This document shows positions 51,807-62,327 of a DNA stretch of 64,000 nt, piece after piece. The stretch is from an uncultured cyanobacterium (lineage in GTDB: Bacteria > Cyanobacteriota > Cyanobacteriia > CAKZMO01): assembly GCA_963719515.1 (NCBI GenBank), contig CAVRCJ010000011.1, positions 320,001 through 384,000 on the forward strand. Reading direction: 5' to 3'. The notes under the pieces are model-generated. The model did no database searches and was not told the DNA's origin. It worked only from the letters and a program-made list of their open reading frames with translations. Both the position numbers and the translations under genes were made by a program. The first letter of the stretch is position 1. Each line of letters begins with the position of its first letter.

Positions 51807-53048
51807 TCACGCCTTGAAGACGATTGCTGGATCCACCTTGGTCACCTTTTGAATGGCGAATAGGGCTGACCCCACGCACATGACAACCGTGATTCCCAAA
51901 ATTCCCGCCGATACCGAAGGCGTAATTAATATCATGATGCCCTGGGTGGAAAAGGTCCAGGCTCCTAGGCCGAGGCACAGCAAGATACTGGGGATGTAGC
52001 CCAAAACTGCCATCCACAGCGCCTGCTCAATGATGATGCCGTAGATCATCCGGTCGGAAGCGCCCATCGCCTTCAAAGTGCCATACTCCCGAATATGGTC
52101 CGATACCGACGAGTAGAGAATTTGGCCGACAATCACGATGCCGACAATCATGCCGACAGCAGCCCCAAGGCCCAAAATGAAGCCAATGCCCGTCCGCAGC
52201 TGCCAGTAGCGGCGAGTGGTGTCCAACATCTCCTCTTGAGTTAGCGTCTGCGCCTCTGGAAACGCCTCTTCTAGACGCTGCTTGAGCTGGTCGATGTCTT
52301 GACCGGCCTCAGCTCGAATTAGTACATAGGAGATTGGGTCAGAAATAGCGAGGGGCTGACGCTCCGGAACCGCATCCTCATCGGCCTGGGTGTAGATGGT
52401 GGTGCACTGCAAATTCTCCCCGCCGGGCCGGACATCGCAGGAAACGCTTGAGGTCAGTCCGGCTGTGGCATAAGCCTTAGCGTTCTCTAGAGACGTGAAA
52501 ACGATGGTGCTAGAGGCAATCGACTGGGTATCGCGGGTGAGGCCGACCAGAGTCGCCGATGCCGAGCTAATTTCACCGCTGTCGCCGATGCCGCTCAGCT
52601 CCAAAGACTTAAGATTGGTCGCGTCGGTCATGACGCTAAACGGTTTGCGAATATCGGCCAGATCGCCCTGCACCACCTGGCCAGGCCGAAAGAGGCTCCC
52701 ATTAGGAGAAAACCCCACCACGCGCACCGTCCCGATTTTTCCCTCTGGCCCTCGCCAGCGGCCACTGGCGAGCACCATGGCCTCGGCGATCGCCACACCG
52801 TCTATTTTCTTTGCCTCTACCTGGATCTCCAAGGGAACGCTTTGGGTCAGCTCAAAATGAACCATCTCCTCACCCGTCAGCCAGATATCGGCGCTGGAAC
52901 TCTCAATGAGCCGAGTGGTCGAGCGGGTAAAACCCTTGAGAATACCGAGCTGAATCGTCACCAGGCTGACGGCAAACATAATGCCCGCTTGAGCAACCAG
53001 AAACCGAGGAATATCTTCGAATAAATTTTTGCGCGCGATGGAAACCAT
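51807..53048 (-). CDS. FtsX/DevC-like ABC permease
   Basis: IARKNL, GIMFAVSL, EYGTLKAMGA, KVTKVDPAIVF. Confidence 0.9.
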   Translation of the reverse strand: MVSIARKNLFEDIPRFLVAQAGIMFAVSLVTIQLGILKGFTRSTTRLIESSSADIWLTGEEMVHFELTQSVPLEIQVEAKKIDGVAIAEAMVLASGRWRGPEGKIGTVRVVGFSPNGSLFRPGQVVQGDLADIRKPFSVMTDATNLKSLELSGIGDSGEISSASATLVGLTRDTQSIASSTIVFTSLENAKAYATAGLTSSVSCDVRPGGENLQCTTIYTQADEDAVPERQPLAISDPISYVLIRAEAGQDIDQLKQRLEEAFPEAQTLTQEEMLDTTRRYWQLRTGIGFILGLGAAVGMIVGIVIVGQILYSSVSDHIREYGTLKAMGASDRMIYGIIIEQALWMAVLGYIPSILLCLGLGAWTFSTQGIMILITPSVSAGILGITVVMCVGSALFAIQKVTKVDPAIVFKA

Positions 53049-53250
53049 AGCCAAAGGGGAGATTAAGTTTGGTCTCCGTCAGCACAAGGGGGAGAGTAGA
53101 TGCAGAAGAAGAGAACCGTTTGCCCTTGTAGTATATCGCTAGTCTTTTAATGGACAGTGTGCAAAAGCGCCACACCTGTAGGCAGAAGAGGCGGTGAAGC
53201 TGTCTACCCTGATTGAAAGAGATTGCGTGCTCACTGTTGAGGAGTAGGAT

Positions 53251-53454
53251 ATGAAGCGCCTATTAACTGCGGCCATCACCGTAACAGCGATCGCTGCCTT
53301 TACATCTTCTGAGTCAAGGCACCTGTCTACTCGAGGCGATGACGATGTCTACGTCGCGAGTAGACAGCACAGCGTGACCTGCAAGATGCAGGAACAGGCC
53401 TCTACGCTATCGCTTCGCTTTGTTCCAGAGTGGTGCATCTATAGGTCACGCTAA
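53251..53454 (+). CDS. Small putative exported protein (67 aa)
   Basis: GAGGAG RBS, MKR + hydrophobic stretch typical of a signal peptide. Confidence 0.5.
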   Translation: MKRLLTAAITVTAIAAFTSSESRHLSTRGDDDVYVASRQHSVTCKMQEQASTLSLRFVPEWCIYRSR

Positions 53455-53505
53455 CTTTCACTGCGGTGATGGCCGATCGCTTTCCGGCGTTTCCGCTACA
53501 TCAGA

Positions 53506-53943
53506 TCAAGAGGCATCTTCCGTATCCTCGCCGAAGCGAGTGACATCAGATTCATTGAGGTATTCTCCGTTCTGCACCTCAATAAGCACCAGAGGAATTA
53601 CGCCAGGATTTTCTAAGCGGTGCGGTGTGCAAACAGGCACATAAGAGGACTGGTTGGTACAAATTAGAGTTGTGTCCTCTCCGCAAATAACGCGAGCGGT
53701 GCCCGAGACGACGATCCAATGCTCGCTTCGGTGATAGTGCATTTGCATGCTGAGGCGCTGCCCTGGTTTTACCTCAACCCGCTTTATTTTGTAGCCTTGG
53801 CCCTCCTCTAAGACCGTGAAAGAGCCCCAGGGTCTAGATTCGGTGGGGCGACGCGTCCCGGCAGCGTTACTAGAAGACTCTGGAGGATGGAGCGGCACGT
53901 TTTGCTTGTCTGACGATTCGGCAGAGTTTAGGGTATTAGTCAT
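53506..53943 (-). CDS. Cupin, type II mannose-6-phosphate isomerase C-terminal-like
   Basis: RPWGSF, LSMQMHYHRSEHWIVVSG, HRLENPG, IEVQNGEYL. Confidence 0.9.
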   Translation of the reverse strand: MTNTLNSAESSDKQNVPLHPPESSSNAAGTRRPTESRPWGSFTVLEEGQGYKIKRVEVKPGQRLSMQMHYHRSEHWIVVSGTARVICGEDTTLICTNQSSYVPVCTPHRLENPGVIPLVLIEVQNGEYLNESDVTRFGEDTEDAS

Positions 53944-54219
53944 GGTGCTAGCCTAAAGCGACAGGCGTTGCCATCGAGGGGACGTAGGGATCTGATGTAC
54001 AGCGCAACTATAGCTGATTGTATACACAATTCAGTTCACAATTAGTTTGCTGTAGCCTGAGGTAACCAACTCAGCGCCATAGTCTGTAACATTGACAACA
54101 AGGTGTAGAATCGCTTGAAGATAATGTCTAGGGGTGAGTTTCAAGGTTGTCTTGATAAGCTGATACACCATTCTGTGCCCGTTGCCAGCCTCTACTAAAG
54201 ATATATAACGTCTTCCCTT

Positions 54220-56196
54220 ATGTCTGACGCCATTCTTGATGTTCGCGATCTGCACGTTCTCTTTAAGCAAGACAGCCAGAACATCAAAGCCGTTGACGGT
54301 ATTTCCCTAAGCGTCGCGCGAGGGCAAACCCTGGGCATCGTGGGGGAGTCGGGATCCGGTAAGTCTGTAACGGCGCTGGCCGTTATGGGCCTTGTTCCTT
54401 CACCCCCCGGAGAGATCAGCCAAGGGGAGATTTACTTCCACCCGGCAGCGCCACAGCTGGGGTCCATCAACCTGCTGACCCTCTCGGCCAAACAGCGCCA
54501 GACCTTTAGAGGGGGAGAGATCTCAATGATTTTCCAGGAGCCTATGAGCTCCTTGAACCCGGTTTTTACCTGCGGATATCAACTGATCGAGGCCATTCGC
54601 CAGCATGAGACCGTTTCAGTGGCGCAGGCCCAAGCTCGCGCCGTTAGCTTGCTGCAGGAGGTCAAGCTTTTACCCTCTGACGAGCAGCTTCGCCAAAGCT
54701 GCGTCGATGAGCGGGCCTTAGATCGCCCCCAGCAGCCCGCCGACGCTGATATCGAAGCCTATATTACCGCTCGCCAGCAGGCGCTGTTGGCTCGCTTCCC
54801 CCACCAGCTCTCCGGCGGACAGATTCAGCGGGTGATGATTGCCATGGCGATCGCCTGCAATCCGGCGCTGCTGATTGCCGACGAGCCCACCACGGCCCTC
54901 GACGTGACGGTGCAGGCCAGCATTCTCAGCCTCCTGCGGGAGCTGCGCGATCGCCGGGGCATGTCGATGATTTTTATCACCCACGATTTGGGCATCGTCG
55001 CGGAGATTGCCGACACCGTGGCCGTCATGTATCAGGGGAAGATTGTGGAATATGGCTCGGCGCTACAAATTTTCGCCGATCCGCAGCATCCCTATACGAA
55101 AGGACTGCTGGCCTGCCGCCCTCGACCCGACCAGCAGCTGGCCTGCCTGCCGACGGTTTCTGACTTTATGGAAGTGACCACCGACGTCAATGGAGAGCCG
55201 GTCATTCAGGAAAAGCGCCGTGACCTGCAAGAGGTTTTACAGGCTAATGCCGCTTCAAATGCCAGTGGCGCTTCAAACAATAGTTCAAACGCCGGTTCAA
55301 GCTTCGCTTCAGAGCAGAGATCTACAGCAAACGGGGCCGCCGCCCAGCCGCTCCTAGACGTTCAGAATCTGCGCGTGGGATTTCCGGTTAAGGGTGCGTT
55401 TGGGCAGGTGGAGCGCTACGTGATGGCGGTTAACGACGTCTCCTTTCAGGTATATCCCGGCGAGACTTTGGGGTTAGTGGGCGAGTCGGGCTGCGGTAAA
55501 AGCACCCTAGCGGGCGCTATTCTCAAGCTGATTCCCGTGATGGACGGCAGCATTACCTTTATGGGTCGTTCCGTAATGCAGCTGGGGCGAAAGCAGCTGC
55601 GGCAGCTACGGCGGGAGATGCAAATTATCTTCCAAGATCCCTACAGCTCCCTCGACCCCCGCATCTCCATTGGCGAGGCCGTGATGGAGCCGCTGCTAAT
55701 TCACCGGCAGGGCAGCGGACGGCAGCGGCGGCAGCGGGTAGCCGAGCTGCTAGACCGGGTAGGGCTTAATCCAAACTGCGCTAGGCGCTATCCCCACGAG
55801 TTTTCCGGTGGCCAGCGGCAGCGCATCTGCATCGCTCGGGCACTAGCGCTGCAGCCCCAGTTCATCATCTGCGATGAGTCGGTCTCTGCGCTAGATGTAT
55901 CGGTCCAAGCTCAGGTGCTCAACCTGTTGAAGGGCATCCAGAGCGAGTTCGGCCTCACCTATATTTTCATCTCCCATGATCTGGGGGTCGTCAAATTTAT
56001 GAGCGATCGCATCATGGTGATGAATCAAGGGCGCGTTGAGGAGATTGGTCCCTCGGAGCAGGTCTACCGCTCTCCGAGCACGCCCTACACGCGTCAGCTG
56101 ATCGCCTCTATTCCTACGGGCAGCGTCGAGGAGATTCAGCGGCGTCAGACCCATCGTCAGGCCCAGCAGGCCCAGCGTCAGGCGGCGCGGTCTTGA
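54220..56196 (+). CDS. Dual-domain ABC ATPase, peptide/nickel (Opp/Dpp) type
   Basis: GESGSGKS and GESGCGKS, two signature motifs (LSGG, FSGG), HPYTKGL and TPYTRQL. Confidence 0.93.
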   Translation: MSDAILDVRDLHVLFKQDSQNIKAVDGISLSVARGQTLGIVGESGSGKSVTALAVMGLVPSPPGEISQGEIYFHPAAPQLGSINLLTLSAKQRQTFRGGEISMIFQEPMSSLNPVFTCGYQLIEAIRQHETVSVAQAQARAVSLLQEVKLLPSDEQLRQSCVDERALDRPQQPADADIEAYITARQQALLARFPHQLSGGQIQRVMIAMAIACNPALLIADEPTTALDVTVQASILSLLRELRDRRGMSMIFITHDLGIVAEIADTVAVMYQGKIVEYGSALQIFADPQHPYTKGLLACRPRPDQQLACLPTVSDFMEVTTDVNGEPVIQEKRRDLQEVLQANAASNASGASNNSSNAGSSFASEQRSTANGAAAQPLLDVQNLRVGFPVKGAFGQVERYVMAVNDVSFQVYPGETLGLVGESGCGKSTLAGAILKLIPVMDGSITFMGRSVMQLGRKQLRQLRREMQIIFQDPYSSLDPRISIGEAVMEPLLIHRQGSGRQRRQRVAELLDRVGLNPNCARRYPHEFSGGQRQRICIARALALQPQFIICDESVSALDVSVQAQVLNLLKGIQSEFGLTYIFISHDLGVVKFMSDRIMVMNQGRVEEIGPSEQVYRSPSTPYTRQLIASIPTGSVEEIQRRQTHRQAQQAQRQAARS

Positions 56197-56903
56197 GCTA
56201 GGGTACGCATTTCGCCGCCTTTTTGAATCATGTTGCCCACCATGGCCATCAGCGCGTCTACTTTACGCGATCGCCACTCGTCGATTAGGCTCACGGTGGC
56301 GGCATAGCCATAGCGGCGCACCATGGCCTCTTTTAGGTAGGCAGCGTGGCGCTCTTCATCTTTGGCGACGCTCTCGATTCCGGCTCGGGTGCTGTCCATG
56401 TCGGGGAGACCTTTAAGCGCCTGCGCCATGCGGTGAAAGTCTTTGCAGGCGTCAGCTTCTAGGATGTAGGTGCTGGCGAAGAACACAGGCCATTCAATGC
56501 GCTCGGGCTTCAGGTCTTCGCGGCTGAAGCCTCGGTAGAAGCCGTCCATGAAGGGGCTCCCCTGAGATGAGGATTTTTCTGCTTTAACGTCTTTTGGTTT
56601 CGCTTCAGCCTGGGCCTTAAAGTCGATGACCTCCTTATCCATTTGCTTCAGCGCGTTGGCGAAGATCTGACCGTGGCGGCGCTCGTCGCTGGCGTGGATG
56701 GTGAGCTTTTCGGCGAGCCACTCGTCTCCCTCAGCTTTGGCGCGATCGCGCAGTTTGGTCAGCATGGGAACGGCCCCGGATTCGGCAAGCTGAAAACCGG
56801 CTAAGACATTGGGGCGGGTCTTGGAGTCGCGAATTTGACTGGCCAATAGGTATGCCATTGCACCTGAGCCAACAAGGTGTAGGACTGGGGTTAAAGGCGT
56901 CAT
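56178..56903 (-). CDS. Ferritin-like domain protein
   Basis: Di-iron ExxH pairs DERRH and DEERH with upstream Glu (AESG, ILEAD). Confidence 0.82.
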   Translation of the reverse strand: MTPLTPVLHLVGSGAMAYLLASQIRDSKTRPNVLAGFQLAESGAVPMLTKLRDRAKAEGDEWLAEKLTIHASDERRHGQIFANALKQMDKEVIDFKAQAEAKPKDVKAEKSSSQGSPFMDGFYRGFSREDLKPERIEWPVFFASTYILEADACKDFHRMAQALKGLPDMDSTRAGIESVAKDEERHAAYLKEAMVRRYGYAATVSLIDEWRSRKVDALMAMVGNMIQKGGEMRTLAQDRAA

Positions 56904-57177
56904 AGGATATTGAGGTGAGTAAAAGGGGATTGCTAAGCTAACCTGCCCGTCGCGCTGGGGTCAGGTAGCTATTGATATGCTAATGCGATCGCGAGGTTTT
57001 GGCTCGTGATTGAGTCTTCGGGAGCGATCGCTGGCTCAGCTAGCTCGTTTGGGGTATGACCGTAATAACCACGCCTTGGCGGTAAGGGCCAAAACGTGAT
57101 AGGAGAGACAAGAGCGCGTAGGTTATGCCTGTTCAATTCAGCGGTTACCGCTCACCTACTTTACAAGACACTTTGCT

Positions 57178-57834
57178 ATGGATGCTCCATCTCCGACTCA
57201 AGTCTTGATTGTCGAGGATGATCCGATGATGCTTCTAGGTCTTGAGCAGTCCCTATCCTCTCAAGACGACATTTCGGTCATCGGGCAGGCCAAGGATGGC
57301 TATTTGGCGGTCAAAGAAGCTGAGCGGCTAAGTCCAGACGTTGTGGTGATGGATATTGGGCTGCCTAGGCTAGACGGCATTGAGGCAACAAAACGCATTA
57401 AGGCCTCAATGCCAAACATTCACGTGATCATGCTGACGTCCCATACTTCCGAAACTGAAATTATTGGCGCGCTATCGAGCGGTGCTGATGCTTACTGCGT
57501 AAAGGGGACCTCGGTCACTGGGCTACTGACGGCGATCGCTGCAGCTCGTGAAGGAGCAAGCTACTTTGATCAGCAGGTGGCCCGCACCGTCATGGATCAC
57601 CTGCGGCCTCCTGTCGAAAAAGATAGAGTTGCTGCGATGGGCCAACTCTCTCAGCGAGAAATGGACGTTTTGAAGCTTATGGTCGAAGGCTACAGCAATC
57701 CAGAAATTGCGAGCAAACTGTACCTAAGCCCTAATACCGTAAAGACCCATGTTCGCGGCATCATGAACAAGCTAACCGTCGATGACCGTGTGCAGGCTGC
57801 GGTTACGGCGCTACGGACTGGCATTTTGAAGTAG
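57178..57834 (+). CDS. NarL/LuxR-family response regulator
   Basis: VEDD, VVMDIGLP, LSQREMDVL, LYLSPNTVKTHV. Confidence 0.95.
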   Translation: MDAPSPTQVLIVEDDPMMLLGLEQSLSSQDDISVIGQAKDGYLAVKEAERLSPDVVVMDIGLPRLDGIEATKRIKASMPNIHVIMLTSHTSETEIIGALSSGADAYCVKGTSVTGLLTAIAAAREGASYFDQQVARTVMDHLRPPVEKDRVAAMGQLSQREMDVLKLMVEGYSNPEIASKLYLSPNTVKTHVRGIMNKLTVDDRVQAAVTALRTGILK

Positions 57835-58445
57835 CGGCCCGCAGGTCTAACTGGAGATCGTGTATATTAGCGCTCCCTCCTATTACTCTGCGCAATTTTC
57901 ACTTGAGGAGCCAGTAAGGTCAACAAAGTGCCGAATCTATTTATACAGATAAAATCAAGGTTACTAATGTAGGCAAAGCTTTTCAACAGGGCGCTGACTC
58001 CCTGTAAGTCCAGGGACAGAATACTTCCAAAAGAAAGTCATCATCAATTGGGTTAAAAGTAACTTCCTTCCACTGCACTCCCACTGAGAGGCTGAGCGAT
58101 TCTCAAACAGTGATAGTTGAAGCCCGACTTGCAATAGTCCGGACACTTTTCTGGGCAAGCGCTGAAACTATTGATTTCTCGTTAGCCGAGCTGCTGTAGA
58201 AGAGGCCTGAAACCCGCATTCCACTGTTAGCCACCGAAAACTGTCCGGAGTGTTGGACTTGATTACTACAACAATTTTACCAACATACCGGCCAGCAACC
58301 TAGGCTTGAGGTCAGACATTCCTCCTAAGAGACTTAGACAGTCTCCAGACTGTCTCCTCGAGGGTTCAAATCAATGCAGCAAAGCGAAATAGCCTTCTAC
58401 GGCTCCGCTTTTCCGCAGCCCGCGAACTAACGCAGAATTTTTTTA

Positions 58446-58530
58446 TTTGTTCGGTACCGTACAGACTCTAGGAAAGTCTAAAGCCGTTATGATCCACAAA
58501 CTATTTAAAATCTGTACGGTATCGTACAGA
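58446..58530. promoter_or_regulatory. Two copies of a 20-bp palindrome (consensus TCTGTACGGTACCGTACAGA)
   Basis: 58446-58465 has 2 mismatches and 58511-58530 has 1 mismatch to the consensus; 65 bp start to start. Confidence 0.6.
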
Positions 58531-59389
58531 CATCGGAAAGGTTAGAGCGATTGACAGTCCGAGAACTATTTACTGCATCCAAACGTCACTACTCTTTCAA
58601 AGGGAAACTACAATAGGGTGTAAGCACAGTCGATGCGCAATATTTGCAGGGAATTGGGCTCAAACGATTACACACAGGCGCTTTCCATACTTTCAAGGAG
58701 CACTTGTGCCTCGCTCATAACTCTCGTTCTACTGCTTTATCAAAGAAGCGTCTTACGAGCCGCAGCAGAGGGAGCCCCTCCTTGCGCCCTAGCGGTGGCA
58801 GATCAAGGAGAGCGGGGAATCACCCGACAGCATGATGTTTTTTATTGCCGTGAGATGGAATAATGGGCTTGGCACAGTAAAAATCCAAACGCTCGTTATG
58901 GAAAAACAGTAAGCAGGCTCCGCACCACCAAAGCCCTAATGGTGTACAAGAGATTGGTAATTTTCAGCACAATCTTCGTATCGCTCAAGCAGGTTTTTTG
59001 TGGTTGTCCTTGTCCGCTCTAGCGAAGGGCAAGCCACGTTTACGCTGTTTACAGAACGAACCTTGAAGATCACGACAAATAGACCGTTTGTGATAGGTCG
59101 CTCGATGAACTTTGAATCCCAAAATGATTCAAGACAGGAAGATAAAAAAACTTGCTATGATGGTCAGTGTACTTTCACAAACTTGCTTCGCAACATTTTA
59201 AGTGGCCTGCTTGAGCTAAGTGGTCTATTTGGGGCTACGCTGCTTTGTCACAACGTCTAAGTTTCGGCGGTGTGTACGGGAGAGGTTATAGAGCTGTGCT
59301 ATCTCGGTAGCTTAATAGCTTTTAATCTGGATTACTCAGCATGGTGCTGGTATCGTTTGTAAGTCAACTTCGCTCTTTTCGTAAAATGT

Positions 59390-59785
59390 ATGAACTCCTT
59401 TGAAGACATTTATCAATTTTTTCGTAATCCTCCTCCCTTTTACCTAAACAAGGAGCTCGCGGTCTGCTACGTTCTAGCCGTTCTCCTAAAGAACGACTCC
59501 TATGGAACTGAGCTGATCCAGATGCTGGAGGCCAACTATCCGTCCTATCGCCTCTCAGACACTGTCTTGTACAGCGCTCTGAAGTTTTTGGAAGACAAGG
59601 CCGTTATTACCGGGTACTGGAAAAAGGTGGAAGGACGGGGTCGCCCGCGCCGCATGTACCAGGTCTGCCCGGAGTGGCAAGACGAAGCCGGCGAGCTCGC
59701 TGAGCTTTGGAGTGAGTACATCAGTCGACACGCGACGATAGCTTCTTCAGGTAGCGGCAAAGCTGCTGCTGCAAAGGAGGGCTAA
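59390..59785 (+). CDS. pex: PadR-family regulator Pex (circadian period extender)
   Basis: FEDIYQFF.NPPP.YL.KELAVCYVL, SYGTELI, YRLSDTVLYSAL, GRGRPRRMY. Confidence 0.88.
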   Translation: MNSFEDIYQFFRNPPPFYLNKELAVCYVLAVLLKNDSYGTELIQMLEANYPSYRLSDTVLYSALKFLEDKAVITGYWKKVEGRGRPRRMYQVCPEWQDEAGELAELWSEYISRHATIASSGSGKAAAAKEG

Positions 59786-59815
59786 TAATCCTTCACTGCT
59801 CGCGTGAGCCTGTTT

Positions 59816-59849
59816 TCCCCCCTTGGAGCCATCGTTCTCCAAGGGGGGA
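59816..59849. terminator. Hairpin between convergent pex and hydrolase genes
   Basis: CCCCCTTGGAG...CTCCAAGGGGG stem. Confidence 0.55.
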
Positions 59850-59874
59850 CTTCAGTTAGGCATTTTTAAGCATT

Positions 59875-60789
59875 TCAAGGATCAGAGGCCGCAGGGGAGG
59901 CCAAGCGTGATAGAGCCGACAGCGCTGCGGTATAGGTCGCTCTTGAAGCGTCAGCCACGGTCTCGTGGTTGGCCTCAGGAACGATCAAGATAGCCTTGGG
60001 CTCAGAGGCAGCTTGGTAGAGCGCTCGTCCCATAGCGCAGGGAACGATGTCATCTAGCTCACCATGCGCAAAAAGCTTTGGCATGGGCAGTCGCCTTTGA
60101 GGGTCAGCAGAAGCCCTGCGCACCTTGCTGAGAGAATCGAACCGCTGCGTTATAAGCCAGTGCGTTGGGAATAGCCGAAGATGCGGCTTCTGAGCCGCCA
60201 TCGCTTCTATGGTAGTGAAGCTGCTCTCCACCACTAGGCAGGCTGCATCTGGGTGGTAACTGGCAAGCTCAACGGCGATTGCCCCGCCGAGGGAGTGACC
60301 GTAAATCATAATCGAGGCCGGAGAAATATCGCGCTCAGCAGTCAGGTAGCGCCACATTGCCTCGGCATCCTCGTACACCCGCTGCTCATTCGGAAAGGGT
60401 CCTTCGCTAAGCCCATAGCCCCGGTAGTCGGCAAGCAAAACGGAAAATCCAAGCTGATGCAGCCGCGCTGCCCGCCTGATATTGTCGCCGATGGTGCAAG
60501 CCTGACCATGAAGCAGTAGGGCGACCCCTTGGCCCGGCATACCAGAAGGTGCCGGAATCCACCAGCCGTGCAGGGCATTCTCTGCATCGGGCCAAAGGGA
60601 AATCCACAGCGTGTCGTAGTCTAAACCCTGCAAATCAGGCGTTGCAGATAGAGTCCGAACGGGGGCGAAGACCATTTGCCGTTGACGGACATAGAGGTAA
60701 AGGCAGCCTCCGGCATAAAGTATACCTATGAGCACCATGCCTATGGCTACGGCCTTAGGGAGTAGCCCCATTGAGGTAGGGAAAAGCAT
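59875..60789 (-). CDS. Alpha/beta hydrolase (ABHD-like) with N-terminal TM
   Basis: DYRGYG, YGHSLGGA, HGELDDIVP, ANH. Confidence 0.9.
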   Translation of the reverse strand: MLFPTSMGLLPKAVAIGMVLIGILYAGGCLYLYVRQRQMVFAPVRTLSATPDLQGLDYDTLWISLWPDAENALHGWWIPAPSGMPGQGVALLLHGQACTIGDNIRRAARLHQLGFSVLLADYRGYGLSEGPFPNEQRVYEDAEAMWRYLTAERDISPASIMIYGHSLGGAIAVELASYHPDAACLVVESSFTTIEAMAAQKPHLRLFPTHWLITQRFDSLSKVRRASADPQRRLPMPKLFAHGELDDIVPCAMGRALYQAASEPKAILIVPEANHETVADASRATYTAALSALSRLASPAASDP

Positions 60790-60792
60790 GGC

Positions 60793-62241
60793 CTAAAGTG
60801 AGGGCGATCGCTGCTGCCAATCCGTGGCCTGCTCGTAGGCATGGGCCACCTGCAGCACCGTTTGCTCCTGCAGCACACCACCGATGATCTGCAGGCCAAT
60901 AGGGAGTCCTGCCTTATCAAACCCGCAGGGCAAGCTGAGCGCCGGAAGTCCGGCCAGATTAACGGGAATCGTCATCAGATCCAGTAGGTACATGCTCAAA
61001 GGGTCGCTCTTCGCCCCCGCCTTGAAAGTCGTGGTGGGGGAAGTGGGGCTAACCAGCACGTCTACCTGCTCGAACGCTTTCTCAAAGTCTTGCTTGATTA
61101 GCGTTCGGACTTTTTGCGCCTTGAGGTAGTAAGCGTCGTAGTAGCCCGCCGACAGGGCATAAGTGCCAATGATAATGCGGCGCTTGACCTCAGGGCCAAA
61201 GCCTTCCGCTCGCGTCTTCATGTACATCTCAATCAGGTCTTCTCCCGACTCGTCACGGAAGCCGTACCGGACGCCGTCGTAGCGAGCAAGATTGGCCGAT
61301 GCCTCCGACGGGGCAATGATGTAGTAAGTGGGGAGACCGTAGCGGAACCGAGGGCAGGAAATCTCCTGCACTTCAGCGCCCATATCCTTAAGCTGAGCAA
61401 CCGCGTCGTTGAAGGCCTGCTCAACGTCCGGCTCTATTCCTTCGCCCAGAGTCTCTTTGATAACGCCAACTTTTGTTCCGGGGGCAAGCTCGGGCTTGAG
61501 CTGGGCAGCGTAGTTGGGGATGTCGACCTTGAGGCTGGTGGAGTCTTTGGGGTCGTAGCCAGCGATCGCTTCGAGCAAAATTGCCGCATCTTCCACGGAG
61601 CGAGTTAGCGGACCAATTTGATCGAGGGAAGAGGCGAAGGCTACCAGGCCGTACCGGGACACCAAACCATAGGTGGGCTTCATGCCGACCACGCCGCAAA
61701 ACGAGGCAGGCTGACGGATAGATCCCCCGGTATCCGAGCCTAGAGCGATCGCGCATTCTTGCGCCGCCACAGCCGCTGCCGATCCGCCGGATGACCCGCC
61801 GGGGACCCGCGCTAGGTCCCAAGGATTGGCCGTTACCTGAAACGCCGAGTTTTCTGTTGAGCTGCCCATGGCGAACTCATCTAGGTTTGTCTTGCCTACC
61901 GTAACTGTCCCGGCGGCTGCGAGCCGCGTGGTGACGGTAGAGTCGTAGGGGGGAATGAAGTTCTTTAAAATGCGCGAGGCGCAGGTGGTGGGAATGCCCT
62001 GGGTGCAGATATTATCCTTAATGCCAATAGGAATTCCGGCCAGCGGCCCTAGCTCATCCCCCGCCGCCAGCTTGGCGTCAATGTTTCGGGCCTGCTGCAG
62101 CGCCTGCTCCGGTGTGAGGTGAAGAAAACTGCGGAGCTTTGGCTCTAAGGCCTGAATGCGATCGAGCGCGTCTTGGGTAATCTCGACGGCGGAGCGCTCT
62201 TTGTTGACGAGCTGGGTATGCAGGTCACGGACGGATGCCAT
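60793..62241 (-). CDS. gatA: Glu-tRNA(Gln) amidotransferase subunit A
   Basis: [55 protein letters not shown]. Confidence 0.97.
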   Translation of the reverse strand: MASVRDLHTQLVNKERSAVEITQDALDRIQALEPKLRSFLHLTPEQALQQARNIDAKLAAGDELGPLAGIPIGIKDNICTQGIPTTCASRILKNFIPPYDSTVTTRLAAAGTVTVGKTNLDEFAMGSSTENSAFQVTANPWDLARVPGGSSGGSAAAVAAQECAIALGSDTGGSIRQPASFCGVVGMKPTYGLVSRYGLVAFASSLDQIGPLTRSVEDAAILLEAIAGYDPKDSTSLKVDIPNYAAQLKPELAPGTKVGVIKETLGEGIEPDVEQAFNDAVAQLKDMGAEVQEISCPRFRYGLPTYYIIAPSEASANLARYDGVRYGFRDESGEDLIEMYMKTRAEGFGPEVKRRIIIGTYALSAGYYDAYYLKAQKVRTLIKQDFEKAFEQVDVLVSPTSPTTTFKAGAKSDPLSMYLLDLMTIPVNLAGLPALSLPCGFDKAGLPIGLQIIGGVLQEQTVLQVAHAYEQATDWQQRSPSL

Positions 62242-62327
62242 CAAGGAACCTCTCTACGGACAAAGTACTGCGCGGGCAAATGGGTTTGCCGGACCCATTT
62301 ACTCTAATCCATCTTGGCGCATTTCGA

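Noticed and set aside
57960..58500. Possible oriC / DnaA-box cluster
   Set aside because: Only one or two imperfect boxes (TTTTCAACA, TGATCCACA); no dnaA or dnaN nearby
58633..59260. Short ORFs (76, 63 and 86 aa) upstream of pex
   Set aside because: No motifs or convincing RBS; cannot be supported without expression data
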